Translations under genes and position numbers: made by a program
Shown here: piece after piece, positions 1 to 12,403 of the stretch
Layout of the letters: the number at the start of each line of letters is the position of its first letter
Numbering within the stretch: the stretch's first letter is position 1
Notes under the pieces: model-generated
Told to the model about the DNA's origin: nothing
Database searches by the model: none
Seen by the model: the letters and a program-made list of their open reading frames with translations, nothing else
Assembly: GCA_013265495.1 (NCBI GenBank)
Contig: MU058636.1
Coordinates: forward strand, 10,267,066 to 10,331,065
Length of the DNA: 64,000 nt
From: Vicugna vicugna
Taxonomy: Eukaryota
Reading direction: 5' to 3'

Positions 1-660
1 GGATGTGGAGAACCTGCATACATTGCTGGTGGGAGTGTGAAATGGTACAACCATCTTGGAAAACAGTTTGAGTTTCTTAAAATGATTTCTTTAAAAGTTA
101 AATATAAACTTACCAAATGACCTAGCAATTCCACACCTAGGTATCTTCCCAAGAGAAATTAAAACATATGTTTGTATAAAGACTTGGAGGAGAATATTCA
201 GAGCAATATTTTTCATGACAGCCAAAATCAGAAAACACTCCAAATGTCTATCAGCTGGCAAATGGATACACAAAATGTGTTATACTGTACAATGGAGTAT
301 TATTCAGCAAGGAAAAGGAACAAACGACTGATAGATGCTACAACATGGCTGAACATCAAAAACCCTAAGCTAAGTGAAAGGAGCCAGATGCAAAAGACTA
401 TCTGTTGATGATTCCATTTATGGGAAATATCCAGGTAAGAGAAATCCAGAGAGCCAGAAAGCAAAATCGTCTGCCTGGGACTGGGGATTGACTGCAAACT
501 GTACAAGGAAGATTTGGGGGTTGAGAGAAATGTTCAAAATTGGATTCGGGTGATGGTTGTACAATTCTATAAATTTACTAAAACTTATTTAATTTGTACA
601 CTTAAAATGGATGAATTTAGGATATGTAAATATACCTCAATAAAGCTGTTAAAAAAAAAG
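1..660 (+). mobile_element. Old L1M (L1MB/ME-like) ORF2 end and 3'UTR fragment
   Basis: L1 motifs cattgctggtgggagtgtgaaatggtacaacc, gacctagcaattccacacctaggtat and decayed 'TMEYYSA'; ends cctcaataaagctgtt plus A tail. Confidence 0.85.
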
Positions 661-1056
661 CAAAAGCACTCCCTAAAACACAAAAGTAAAATAAAGCAAA
701 TAAATCCAGATTTGTATGCTTCAGTGGAATAGCCACACAGAGAGATTACTGAGCATCAAGGGGAACCAGGACCACAATAAACTGAAACACTTCCAGTAAG
801 TTTGAATCTCTGACTTTATAATGACACTAAAAAACAAAGCAAAACTCAATGGTTGCCTTTGGAGGATGCTGGGGAATCAACTTTCTATTTTGATAAATGA
901 TAAATAAGGCAAAAGAATTAAGCATCTATCTTGCCTTTCATATTCAAATTCATCCATAGGAGACCAAATGGTTTAAGAGGACAAGTGTATCTTACAGAAG
1001 TAGTCCAGGTAATAAAGGTAGAAGGAAAATGAAATTAGAAAACCACCATTTTGCAA

Positions 1057-1282
1057 AATTTCAAAATTGTAGAATAGATAAACAAGATTACACTGTATAG
1101 CACAGGGAAATATACACAAAATGTTATGATAAATCACAGAGAAAAAAAAATGTGACAATGAGTGTGTATATGTCCATGAATGAGTGAAAAATTGTGCTGA
1201 ACACTGGAATTTGACACAACACTGTAAAATGATTATGAATCAATAAAAAATGTAAAAAAAAAAAGAAAATTAAAAAAAAAAA
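1057..1282 (+). mobile_element. Young, severely 5'-truncated L1 (3'UTR tip plus poly(A)) with 20-bp TSD
   Basis: Nearly identical to 52114-52320. Perfect TSD agaaaaccaccattttgcaa at 1037-1056 and 1283-1302; aataaa then A-rich tail. Confidence 0.95.
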
Positions 1283-1714
1283 AGAAAACCACCATTTTGC
1301 AATCCTAATGAAATCATGGATTTAGGCAAAAATGATCGAAGGTTGCTAACATCAGAAAAAGAGAGAGAAATCACACATCATGACACCCCATTGGAAGCAC
1401 ACTACAAGATCCATGATGTAATCGTGCTAAGAAATTAATCAAACTTGAACCTGAATGGGTCTCTAACCCCAATTTACAGGAAATACAGGGGGAGAGAAAC
1501 ATGTTAAGTAACACCTCAGTGATGCACTTGACAAAATCTAGACTTTGGGAAATTCTAAAGGCAAAGACTTATTTCTTCACTTAAAAAAAAATGGGCATAG
1601 AGGGCAAACCTATATATTAAAAGAGACTTAAAAGACATCACCCAATCACAATGTAAGGGCCCTAATAAAATCGTGATGCAAACAAACCATTAAAAATGTG
1701 TAAGTGTTTTAAGA

Positions 1715-1831
1715 CTGGGTTGTGGTAATGTTTGCACAACTGAATAAATTTACTAAAAGTCAAGCTGTGTATTTTCAATGGGTGAAGTTTACAGTTTGTA
1801 AATTATACCTCAATAAAACTGGAAAAAAAAA
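1715..1831 (+). mobile_element. Short old L1M 3'-terminal fragment
   Basis: aaatttactaaaa...aaattatacctcaataaaac plus A tail, similar to 545-660. Confidence 0.65.
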
Positions 1832-2984
1832 GTGTATCAGACTATCAGGGAAATATGTATGCCAATGGAGAATAAAGAATTATTGTTGATTTTTTAAGGC
1901 ATGATCATCATATTGTGGTTTTTAAAAAAGAGTCCTTATCATTTAAAGATTAATGGTGGAGTATTTGCAGATACAGATAATTCGAAGCATTTGAATTCAA
2001 AACTCTCTGGTGTGGGGTGAACGAGAGCTATAGGTGTGAAACCTAGGTAATAATACTATTCTACATTTGTGACTGTTAGAAATGTTCTATAATAAAAAGA
2101 GTGAGGTAGAGAAGGGTGATTTGAGAAACGAAAGGAAAAAAGAAACAGTGAGGAAGAGAAAGCCTTTTAATAAATCAGCTCTCTATTCCTTAATTATTTA
2201 GTTCCTATCTTTCCACCTTTGATACCTTATGAGAATGGATGACATATAAATAATAAGACTGTAACTCAGGTCCCATGTCTTCAAAACTTCACATGTATGG
2301 AACTACAGCCTCCCACCCCAGGGGTGTTGCAAGAAAAATGGAAACCAACCTCCAGTACACGGACTTGACCGCACAAACGGCAGGCAAGGATCAGAGTCTG
2401 TTTTAGTCATGGCTTTACATGCACCCCAGTGCCACACGCAGACTTCACATGATTACGGTAGCCAAGCTGATGAAGTAAGATCCCAGACCCATTCAACGGC
2501 TTCTTTTTAAAGTAAAATACTTCATTGTTTCACGGAAGAGCTTACGCTTCCATGAGGAACGTTAGAGCAGGAAGATTCTGAGGAGAGGTAAGCTGTCCCC
2601 AAAATGTTTGGTAAACTAGACCTGCAGAGAATAAAGGTCTCACCACAGCTTTGCGTAATGGTTGCCTATTGGTTTATGCAGTTTTGTTTCATCCCAACTC
2701 CCCCCTTTTTTCTCTTGAATCCTGGATTATTGGTTTCAGATCCTTAATTCTAGGGAAGAGTATGGGGGGGATGCCATTCAATCCACAACAGGGTTAGTTT
2801 GTTCAATCATCTTCACCCCCCAGGAGCTGCATGAGCCGTGGCCTGTGTTGGGTCCCACCTGTCAGGTGGGTAATGTGTTTTTCCACATCGGGACATAAGC
2901 ATCACTTGCCCTGGACACTCAGCTACCGAAAACAACTGCCGTTTCCCCTGGATTTGTCTGAGTTAGGTAGTAAAGAATGTGACC

Positions 2985-3170
2985 TTCAGGGTTAGACAGA
3001 GGGGCTCTGTTCAACACAAGGGAGTTACTTCTTACCTTTTCTCATCCTCAGGCTCCTCATCAGGGAAATAGCAATAAAAACACCTTCCTTGCAGGAATGA
3101 TGTGGGGGTTTAAATGAGATAACATTCGTAACGCTTTTAGCGCCACGCCTGACACCCGAGACATTTTAAC
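2985..3170 (+). mobile_element. MIR SINE
   Basis: Degenerate MIR core cctcaggctcctcatc...ttaaatgagataacattcgtaacgcttttagc. Confidence 0.65.
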
Positions 3171-3619
3171 CAAAAACAGTCGCTATGATCATTCCTAGCA
3201 CCGAGACTCGTAGAAGATGGAACTGGAGATGGACCTTGCAGCCTGTTTCATTGGCAAAAAAATAAAAAAATAAAAAAAGTCAAAAATAAAAAAAAAATTA
3301 AAACACTTGGGCTGCTGGATGACCTGGCAGGGCACATGTCTGATGAACAGATTTTTCCAGGGATGGTTCTGCAATGGCGAAGATGTTTAAAAAAGCTTCA
3401 AAGGTCGGCCACAGTCTCTCAGAGCCCACACAGCCTGCTGACCTCCAGGGGGGCCTGGCGCGATGGAAGCAGTGCGGACTGGGACGTCAGACGGACCTGT
3501 CTCTGCATCCTTGGCTGAGCTGCTCCACCTCGACCTCCTCCCTTGAAAACGAAGAGCGTAATGCCTACCTCGGTGAGAAGGTTACGAGAAACTCCGGCAG
3601 GAGGAAAGGTGGGAGCTCA

Positions 3620-3830
3620 CGCTGGCCAGGACTGGACTCTGTGCAGGGAGCTCACTGTTATTTATCGAAGCTTCACAACCACCCAGAAAAGAACGCATCA
3701 TTAACTCATTTCATCAGGGAGGAAAGAGAGAGCAGCTCGGCTGGGAGAAGGCACCGGCCCAAGGTTACATAACTGTTAGGTGGAGACGCCAGGACTTGAC
3801 ACTGAGTCTGAGAACAGATCCCAGCCCTCC
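3620..3830 (-). mobile_element. MIR SINE
   Basis: cttcacaaccaccc...cccaaggttacataactgttaggtggagacgccaggacttga, reverse MIR core. Confidence 0.55.
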
Positions 3831-5687
3831 AACCACTCCTCCCTACTGCCTCTCACTCAGCTCCCCACCCTGGACACAGAAAGGCCCAGGCCCGCACTCT
3901 GTGCCAGAACACGGTGTTTTAGGTCTACACTAAGCCCTGTGATTTCACCCTATCGCACGCAGTGGCACCGAGGAAAGGGTGGCAGAGGCCGGGTAACCTC
4001 TCTCCCCAGCTTTGCTATGCACTCTCCATGAAGAAGTTGGTTCTACTGTAAACAATGAGTCCAGGGGAAAACATGAGGATCCCAGAAGATCAGCGGGATA
4101 CTTATTTGGCATCTCGGGGTCAACTCCTGGAAGGAGGTAATTCAACTCTTCAGAAAATTAATTAATGGAAGGGCTGCTGTCAGCCGAATCTCCAGGACTG
4201 AATACGCAGAGAGCTTGAGAGTTTACTTTTCGACGTAAGCGCTGTCTCATTGCTTGAATTCTTTAAAGCTGAAGTTCGAGGTTCAAGGCCCCAGGGTCAG
4301 CCTGAGTCCAAAAGTCCTGTGGTACCTGATACACCTCACAGCTGCTAAGCTTTATAGCTGTTGTCAGACTGTTCAAACACAAGCAGAGCCAAATATCCAC
4401 GCCGCCAGCACAGCCCTGCTCCCAAGAATCGCGTGTTGTGGTTTCCATCACGCCAGGCCATAAAGTCCCATCTGAGTCTGTCATCAGAGAGCCGAGTGGC
4501 TGCCGGCATCCGCCTGGGTTACCCCTGCCTCGTCCCTTGGGACCGGGCTTCTCAGCAGAATGGCCACAGTCACTTGCTACAATGAGTCAGAAGTTCCCCA
4601 AATCTCCTGACACCAGTCCGGAGGGAAGGGAAAGGGACAGCACACAGGCCCAGCGGGGGCTGTCTAGCCATGACATAAGAATCCAGCACATTTCTTTAGA
4701 GGAACATTCATGCCCAAATCTCAACCTGCTTTACAGACACAGTGTGTGTGTGGTGGGGGCGCTCCAGAGACAGCGTTTCCACTGGGAGGGAAGGAACTGG
4801 TTTGAGCACCACACATCCCCGTGGGACACTCCAAACATTCGATGCACCCACAGAACCTTCCCCGACACCCCTGGACCCAGTGACTCTGTCGGGCCAAAGG
4901 GCTGGTTCCCAGAACGTGAAAGAGTCTGACGAGGAGCAGGCAAGGTTCCGCGTTACAGCCACAATCCTCCTTGAACCACAAGAGCATCACAGAGCAGGCA
5001 GGAGCTGAGGACAAAGACCACGGCCAGACTTGTTTCCCAGGCAACCCAGCGTCCACAGAACAGGTGCCCCTGTGAGACGGGAAGCCCCACCACCTCTCCA
5101 AACACACTGGCCTCCTGGTCAGCCCCGCACTGAGGCCTCCACCTCCACAAAGGCCTTTACAAGACACCATGTGTTCCCTCACACCTTCAGCTGCTCTGGA
5201 GGCAATGGGGACAGGTTCAGACTGTGTCCCTGATCCCTTCAGTGGGTGAACTGACCCGGTGCTCAGCCAAGGAGCATTCTCAATGACCTCGGCCAGGCTT
5301 CTGATCACTCCCCACACATACCCCCACACCTGCTGCAGTGAGGGGCCTGGCTCCCGCTCGCCATCCCTCTTTGAGGCTTTTGATCTCCAGCCACACTCTT
5401 CTCCTGCCTTTGTGCTTTGGCCCAGACCTTTAAAAACCATCTACGTTAAAAGCCTTGCCTGCCCAGCCTAAATCTGCGTATCAAAATTCTCCAGCCTTTG
5501 CAGCCCAGCCCAAGAAGACCCCCCTGGTTTCCCATCCACGTCCTCCACTCCAGGTCCACACCTTACAACCAGGGGCGGCTCATTCCATCCCTCCATCCCG
5601 GGACGAGCAAACTGCGTTTTAATTTCACTTTTGAACCTTATTGTGGCACTTGTTTTTTACTTTTAGCTACTGGGCACATATACATTT

Positions 5688-6712
5688 TTTAACCTTTTTA
5701 AATTTTGAGATAGCTTAGCCACACACAAGCGTTGTAATAATACAAAGAGTTTGTGTGTATGTTTTGTCCAACTTATAGAAACATTATACAATCATCAAAA
5801 CCAGGAAATTAACACTGGTACGAAATTGTGGCCTCAACTACAGGCTTTTCTTGGATTGCACCAGTTTTTCCATCAATGTCCTTTTTTCTCTGTTACAAGA
5901 TCCACTCCAGGATCTCTCATTGCATTTAACCACGTTTCCTTAGTGTCCTCTAATCTGTGACAGTGCCTCTGTGTTCCCTTGACTTTCATGACCTTAATAC
6001 TTTGGAACGGTACCAGCCAGGTATTTTGCAGAATGTACCTTAACGGGTTGGTCTGATGTTTTCTCACACTTAGACTGAGGTCATTCATCTTCAGCAAGAG
6101 TACCACAATCAGGATGCACCCTCCTCAGTACATCAGGTCAGCAAGTACATGATATTAAAATGTCATAGCTGGCAATGTTAACCTTCAACACTTGGCTAAG
6201 GTGGTGCCTGCCAGGATTCTCCACTATAATCTTATTATTTCCCCGCTTTATGGTTAGAAAATATTTGGGGAGAGAGATGTCGAGGTTATGCAAATATTCT
6301 GTTTCTCCTTAAGTTTTTGCCCTCTAATTTGCCATGCATCAGTGGATCTTCCTACAGTAATTATTACTATGATATTCTAGCAGTAATCTTTATTTCCCTC
6401 ATTCCTTCTACATTTATTCAGTACGATTTTTCAGTAAAGAAGAGTTGTCCCTCCTCTTCACATATCTATTTATTTCAGATGTTTACACTTATCAGTATAC
6501 TTAAGATTGCTTATTTTATATAAAAATCAATATTAAATGTAATTATACTATGTATGACATTATAGAATATATAATTATACTAACATATTCATTATAAATT
6601 ATGGATAATGTATATAAATCATGTAAATTATATTAAATGTCAGTACTACCATGATTTCTTTTGTTGCTCAAATTGTTCTAGCTTTGGCCATCAGGAGCTC
6701 ATTTGGGTTGCG
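5688..6712 (-). mobile_element. Old L1MC-type 3' end
   Basis: T-rich start then aaccaggaaattaacactggta, cattgcattta, gactttcatgacctt, ccaggtattttgcagaatgt and ttggctaaggtggtgcctgccagg, typical of reversed L1MC4/5 3'UTR; AT-rich low-complexity patch at 6500-6640. Confidence 0.75.
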
Positions 6713-6726
6713 TGATTTGCTTTACT

Positions 6727-6830
6727 AGATTATAAGCTTTGTGAAGACAAGAATCATGTCTTACTGGTCTCTTTGTTCCCACGGCCCCAAACACAATACC
6801 ATGAATACAGTTGATCTCAATAATAATACT
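6727..6830 (+). mobile_element. L2 3' end
   Basis: agattataagctttgtgaagacaagaatcatgtctt...ctcaataa. Confidence 0.6.
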
Positions 6831-7687
6831 TAATATTTATACACATTTTAGTTTTTTAAATGCCTTCAGATCAATTATCTCTATTCTTACATTGTTACAA
6901 AAATGTATGAATGGATAAGGATGAGAGTAATTCATAAATGACTTCTGCATATATCCCCAAAAGTTACCTAAATTGAACTTACGTAGGAACTCAAGTTTTG
7001 CCGTCTTTCCTCATTTGAGTTTAGAGCTGCTACTGGGTGAAAGACTTGGTTGTTTTAGCTGTGTCCAGCTGTGTCCACTTCTGACTCAGACCGATTCTGC
7101 ATAGGGCTCCTATGAGCAGATCTTGGGTTGGTTTTGCTTGTGTGTTTGTGTTTCAAATCAAGCTGAATTTCCCCTGCCTCCCTGCTCCTCTGGACGATGC
7201 TGGTCTGCTGCTGTCCACAGACAGAGCACTGAGATGCCTGTCTGAAGTGAACAGCCTCCTCAGCCATCACACACTCTTAATACTGTTTTCGATCGTTGGG
7301 CGAAAAGCTCCTGGAGCGTTATACCCAGCCGTGAATGTCTGGCCTCACTTCACAGGACAGCAGTTCGGGTCCCTGTGGACAAGCTAACATGAGACATGGT
7401 TGTTATCTTCCTACTAAACTAGCTTGGAATAGCCTGCATTGCAGTTCACTTGAAGTGGCTTCAGATGAAAAACCACGTTTCCTACTTATCAAAAGTAACA
7501 AGTTTAAACAAGTTGGCATTCTCAGTCTCCCTGACCATTTCAGAGGGACAGTCATGAAATACCAGTGATTCTTTCCTTCAGGAGGAGCCGGGGGCCTTTT
7601 GCTCAAACTTCATCCGCCCTTGAGCTCACCTCCACCATTTCATGCCTGGGCTTGAAGAAAAGTAATGAGTGACTACTGAGTCAAAGC

Positions 7688-7819
7688 AGGGTGACCACAT
7701 GACTCATCATCTAAACAAGGACACTTCTGAAAGCGAAAGAGGACACTATTAATAATTACAACAGGGTGACAAGCATAAATTGAAGCTATCTTGGAGAAAC
7801 TGGGATATTTAATTACTCT
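7688..7819 (+). mobile_element. MER94-like hAT-Blackjack non-autonomous DNA transposon
   Basis: agggtgaccacat...ggacacttctgaaagcgaaagaggacactattaataattac...aaactgggata; length and motifs match the recalled MER94 consensus. Confidence 0.7.
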
Positions 7820-9107
7820 AAGTAAAACAGAATACCTCAGCTAGAGCAATGGACACTGGTAAACGTCTACTAAACATATCTGCATCTTCAGGAAAGCCAA
7901 CAGCCGTCCTCAGTGAAGTTTTCAGGGAAAACAGATTATCTTATAACTAAGTTAAATGTGCAAAGGCATAGAAACTGCTGGGTACATCAAAGATGTTTTT
8001 GTGAAACGGAATCAAGGGCTAGGAAACAGAAGGAGGCACAAGCAACCAAATACACAAGAAATAATCCTGTTCCTCAAATTGAGAAAGAGAGAACCTCTCA
8101 GCCTATGAACCAGACAAATGGCACATCCCTGCAGAAGGGGCTGCTGTGTAGCATAAACTCATTAGTCTTCCAAATCTTAAACATCTTTCAAGTCAAACCC
8201 AATTTAAATTATTCTGTTTAATAATTTCCTTCAAACATCGAGTCACTTAGATCACTTCCTCTTAAAAGACACTGAGCCTTAAAGAAGGAAAAATGGGGTC
8301 TCTCACCAGGGAAGGTGTGTTCTCTGGGATGCTGTTCTATGTATTTATTACAGACCTCGCCGTCTACCCAAGCCGCCTCCAGTTGGTCTATAGGAGGAAA
8401 CACCTCTTTGGCAACAAGTCATGATCCAGTATTATTTTTTCCCATTCTACCAAGGAGGAAATGAAGCCTTTGTAAGGGGCAAATGATGTGTTTAAATTTC
8501 TGGCTTGAATCAGTAAGCAGCCAGAGTTGAGATTACTCATACTGGAGCCACGGCCCTTCTCTTTCAACTTTAATGGGAATAGTCAACATCCTATTATGTG
8601 AGTGTTTGTCTCGACTTCATATTTTTTCACACAGGAAAAGGCATTTAATGATATAAATCTTTTCAAACCTATAAAGTTAAGGGAGGAGGAAAGTCTTCCA
8701 CGTATCCATAGTGGAGGCAGAGGCCTAGAAGAAACCCACACAGAAGATCAGAGATGATTAGTAAATCTATTATTTTCTGGTGGAAGTCATGAGGATCTAT
8801 GAGTAATAATTTCCAACTCAAGAGTATCCGATGAGTGAAATAAACTGAGTGCTGGGGTTAGAAGCTGCCCCCAAAGTGCTCAGCATATAGGGATTATCAT
8901 TGATGATGCAACTATTAATAAGCAACGACTTCAGCCTAATGCCATGGGGGAAACTTGAATCCAGTGGTACAAAGCAGATTAATAATCCTAAAAACATCGG
9001 CATTCTCAGAACTATTCAAGATAAAGTCCACAGGACATCCAAAGTTGCTTCAGGGAAGTGCCTTCACTGAAGGTTTCAGCTAGTGAACTTAGCAGAAAGG
9101 ATGGAAT

Positions 9108-9640
9108 AGCACCATTTTACAACCCTAATTAAATAATAACAGTAACGACCATCAGTGGTTGCTAACATCATACAAAAGAGAGATCATCAAACATCATATA
9201 CTTCCAACCCTATGTAGTCACAGGATACTATGAAGGATTCTAGACAAAAATTGAACCTAAATATGATCATGCCTCTGATCTAACTACTAGTTCTCAGGCT
9301 ACACGGGGATGAGAAATATACTAAATGACCCCATGAAGATGCAATCTGCAAAATCCAAACCAGGGGGACACTGTACAAGACAAATGACCCCATTTCTTCA
9401 ACAGAGTGCAAAATCAGGGGGGTCAGGGGAGATACACAGCATAAGAGAGACTATTAGAAACATACCAAAAATATCAATATATGAATGTTCCTTGCATTCT
9501 AATTTTAATTTTTAAAACTACAAGGAAAAGTTAGAAAGCAACTGAGAAAATCTGAACATTGTGCTGACTGGATATTTAATAATATTAAGAACTTTTTTAT
9601 TCTTTATGAGTGATAATGGCATTGTGGTTCTGTTTGTGTT
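9108..9640 (+). mobile_element. Ancient L1M 3' region, left half (resumes at about 10775-10991)
   Basis: Homologous to 1285-1680 and 1840-1925 (caccattttacaaccctaat, ttgctaacatca, gcaaaatcca, ataatggcattgtggtt). Confidence 0.55.
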
Positions 9641-9734
9641 ATTATTTTAATTTTTGATCCCATATATAAACAGCAAAGTGATTAGGAGAGAACATAAGAG
9701 AATACAGAAGTAAGTAAAGACTTGTGGTGAACAC

Positions 9735-10770
9735 ACAGAAAGTACACACCATAAAAGAAAAAATTAATAAATTGGACCTAAAAGTATTATTCATCAAAAG
9801 ACATTATAAAGAAATAGGTAACAGATTGGTTGAAAGTATGTGCCACACCAATATGTGAAAACAGAACTAGAAAGAACAACTAACACCTATGTATTCTATC
9901 TACAATAAATAAAGACCTCCTACAATTCAATAATAGGACAAACAACCCAATTCAACAATGGGCAAAATAGTTGAATAGACACTTCACAAAAGAAGACACA
10001 CAAATGGCCAGTAAGTACATGCAAAAGGTTTCACCATCATTAATCATTAAGGAAGCGAAAATTAAAATCATAGTGAGACACTACTATACAAACTAGAACA
10101 GCTAAAACTAAAACAATGAAAAATACTAAATTTTGGAGAGGATGTGGAACAATCAGAATTCTCATATGTTGCTGGTGGGAGTATAAAGAGACAACCACTT
10201 CAGAAAACCATTTGGCATCTTCTTAAAAAGGTAAATATATCCATGATCTTGCAATCCCACTCCTAGATATTTACTCAAGAGAAATGAAAATATATGTCCA
10301 TGAAAAAACCCTGTACAAGAATGTGTATAGCAGCTTTATTCATGCTGGAATGAATAAAAGCTGGAAACAGTTCATCAACAGAATGGATTAACCAGCTGGC
10401 ATAGCTATACAGTGGGACACTCCTCAAAAATAGAAAGGTTCAAGCCACTGGTGCAGGAAACAACCTGGATGAATCTCAGAGAAACACACTGAGTGAAAGA
10501 AGCCAAGAGCAGAAAAGTACAGTATATGAGCCCATTTAGATGAAATTCTAGAATAGACAAAAAATAACCAGTAGCAATAGAAATGAGAGCAGTGGTTGCT
10601 TCTCTAGGGAGGGAACTGACTGGGAAGGGGAACAACGGGATGGGATGATAAAAACATGAGGGTCCTTGATCTGCAGCTGTCAAACTGACTGAATGATAAG
10701 TTCTGAGGATCTGAATAATATAACATGTCATATCACATGTAAATAACATGTCAATAAAAACATTTTAAAA
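9735..10770 (+). mobile_element. Old L1M ORF2 C-terminal region and 3'UTR
   Basis: aacaacccaatt...aatgggcaaaa...gaatagacacttcacaaaagaagac, ggatgtggaacaa...gttgctggtggga, acctggatgaatctcagaga; ends caataaaaac. Confidence 0.85.
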
Positions 10771-12037
10771 CTTACAAAAATTCTCATCTATATAATTATA
10801 CATATTTTTAAACAGGTGAAATTATATGATATATGGGGTTTTCTTCAAAATAATCCAGTGTCAAGGGTGAGTATACATAAAACAAGTTTAGCCATGAGTT
10901 GACAATTATTCAACATGTGTGATGAGCACGTGGAGGTTCATGATACTTTTTATTCTCCCTTTTATTTCTGTTTGGAATTTTCCATGATAAAGAGTGAGTG
11001 AGCGAGAGAGAAGGAAAGGGGTGAGGGAGTCAGAGGAACGAGGGAGGGAGAGATGGAGGGAGGGAAAAAGGGCCCAGCCATCAGATGCACCTCATAGCCC
11101 TGAGGACACCTCTGGACATCAACTTGGCTCAATCACAGATATGCCTGTGATGACCCTGAGTCATCGGAAAAGGTCAGGTTGAACTGGATATGGTTCTTTT
11201 TGCAACAGAGATTTATGTCCTACTTTTGGGGACACTGGACAAACAAAACAGAAAAAAATCCAGGCAGCTACAGAGGCAGCGACTTCCAGTGATCCGGAAC
11301 ATTCCCTTGTCTGGGACAGAGCTCAGACGGAGGACACCACCCAAATGAGGTGTCAACGCGTTATCATCACGGGGCGTCTGCCCCTGCCCCAGGGCCGCTC
11401 AGACTGTGGTGCTGCGGCTCACGGGGCTTTGGACGAGAGGCTCCTGCCCCAGAACTCTCCACCCAGGAGCAAGGACCACAGTGCTCGGTATGGTAAGCTC
11501 ATCTCAGCTGTGACAACTGGGTCCAGCTTACATTCCCTCAAAGATCTTGCAGGATGAACTGTTTCTCTCTTGCAGCTATTAAAAACTAAAATTAAATTTT
11601 TTTTAAAAAGGCCTCATTTCCAATGGAAAACAGACCCTGCACAGATGGGGTTATTTCCCTCAGACCTGGATGCACTGAGCTCAGTACTTCGGTCACTGCA
11701 GATCAAATCGGTGTGTTTCCAGGTCTGCCTCTCGGCTGAAGCTGCTTTAATGCCATTCCACAGTGTTGCTCAGGGACTGATGGTCCTGCTGGTAAGAGGC
11801 CAAACCGGGCCTGGATTTGTTAGCACCTAGAGGACAGAAGGCCTGTCTGTTCACCTCATTTCCTTGGCATGCCCAGCAGGTTAGGCAGGTTAAAAAGCCT
11901 TTGACGGATGACAGAAATTTTAGAGTTTCAGGGCCAGGTATCAGCCCAGTATTTATCTGATCCAAGTATCCTATTTTCCAAGAATACTTCATGACGTCTT
12001 TCTGGTAAACCTCACTACACATCTGAAGTGAGCAGGA

Positions 12038-12170
12038 GACTGAAAGCCTCATGAGGGCAGCTGACGGGTCTGTTCTGTGCACCACACAGGGCATCCCCAG
12101 CACCCTGCAGAGGGTGGGGTACATTGGTGGTCCTCAGGAGATGTCTAACAGTGAATGAACAAGTGGATGG
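12038..12170 (+). mobile_element. L2 3' end
   Basis: gactgaaagcctcatgagggcag...catccccagcacc...gtgaatgaac. Confidence 0.6.
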
Positions 12171-12204
12171 AATAGCAGTAAATGTTGCAGCATCTCCATA
12201 GACT

Positions 12205-12403
12205 GGTGGTGGTCCTCACATTTCAGTGTTCAGAAAAATTACCTGGAATAGTTAAACTGCAGATTTCTCAGCCATCACACCCACCCCTCATCCCAGATTC
12301 TGAACCCATAGGTCTGGGAAGGAGCCCGAGAATTTGCAGTTTAAAATATCTCCCCAAATAATCCTTTTGCCCACAGTGAGTAGTTTACACTTTGAGAAAC
12401 ACC
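12205..12403. mobile_element. MER5A-like hAT-Charlie DNA transposon
   Basis: attacctgga...gttaaactgcagatt...agattctga...taggtctggga...gagaatttgcagttt...acactttgagaaacac. Confidence 0.7.

Larger units (their letters stand above)
850..2100 (+). mobile_element. Ancient L1M (L1MC/ME-type) 3' region interrupted by younger L1 ends
   Basis: caccattttgcaa...ttgctaacatca...aaagagag motif shared with 9108-9200; ends ttctataataaaaag. Boundaries approximate. Confidence 0.55.

Noticed and set aside
4438..5440. 163-aa and 239-aa ORFs in the GC-rich block
   Set aside because: No recognisable domain, non-ATG starts and overlap on both strands; expected from stop-codon scarcity in GC-rich DNA.
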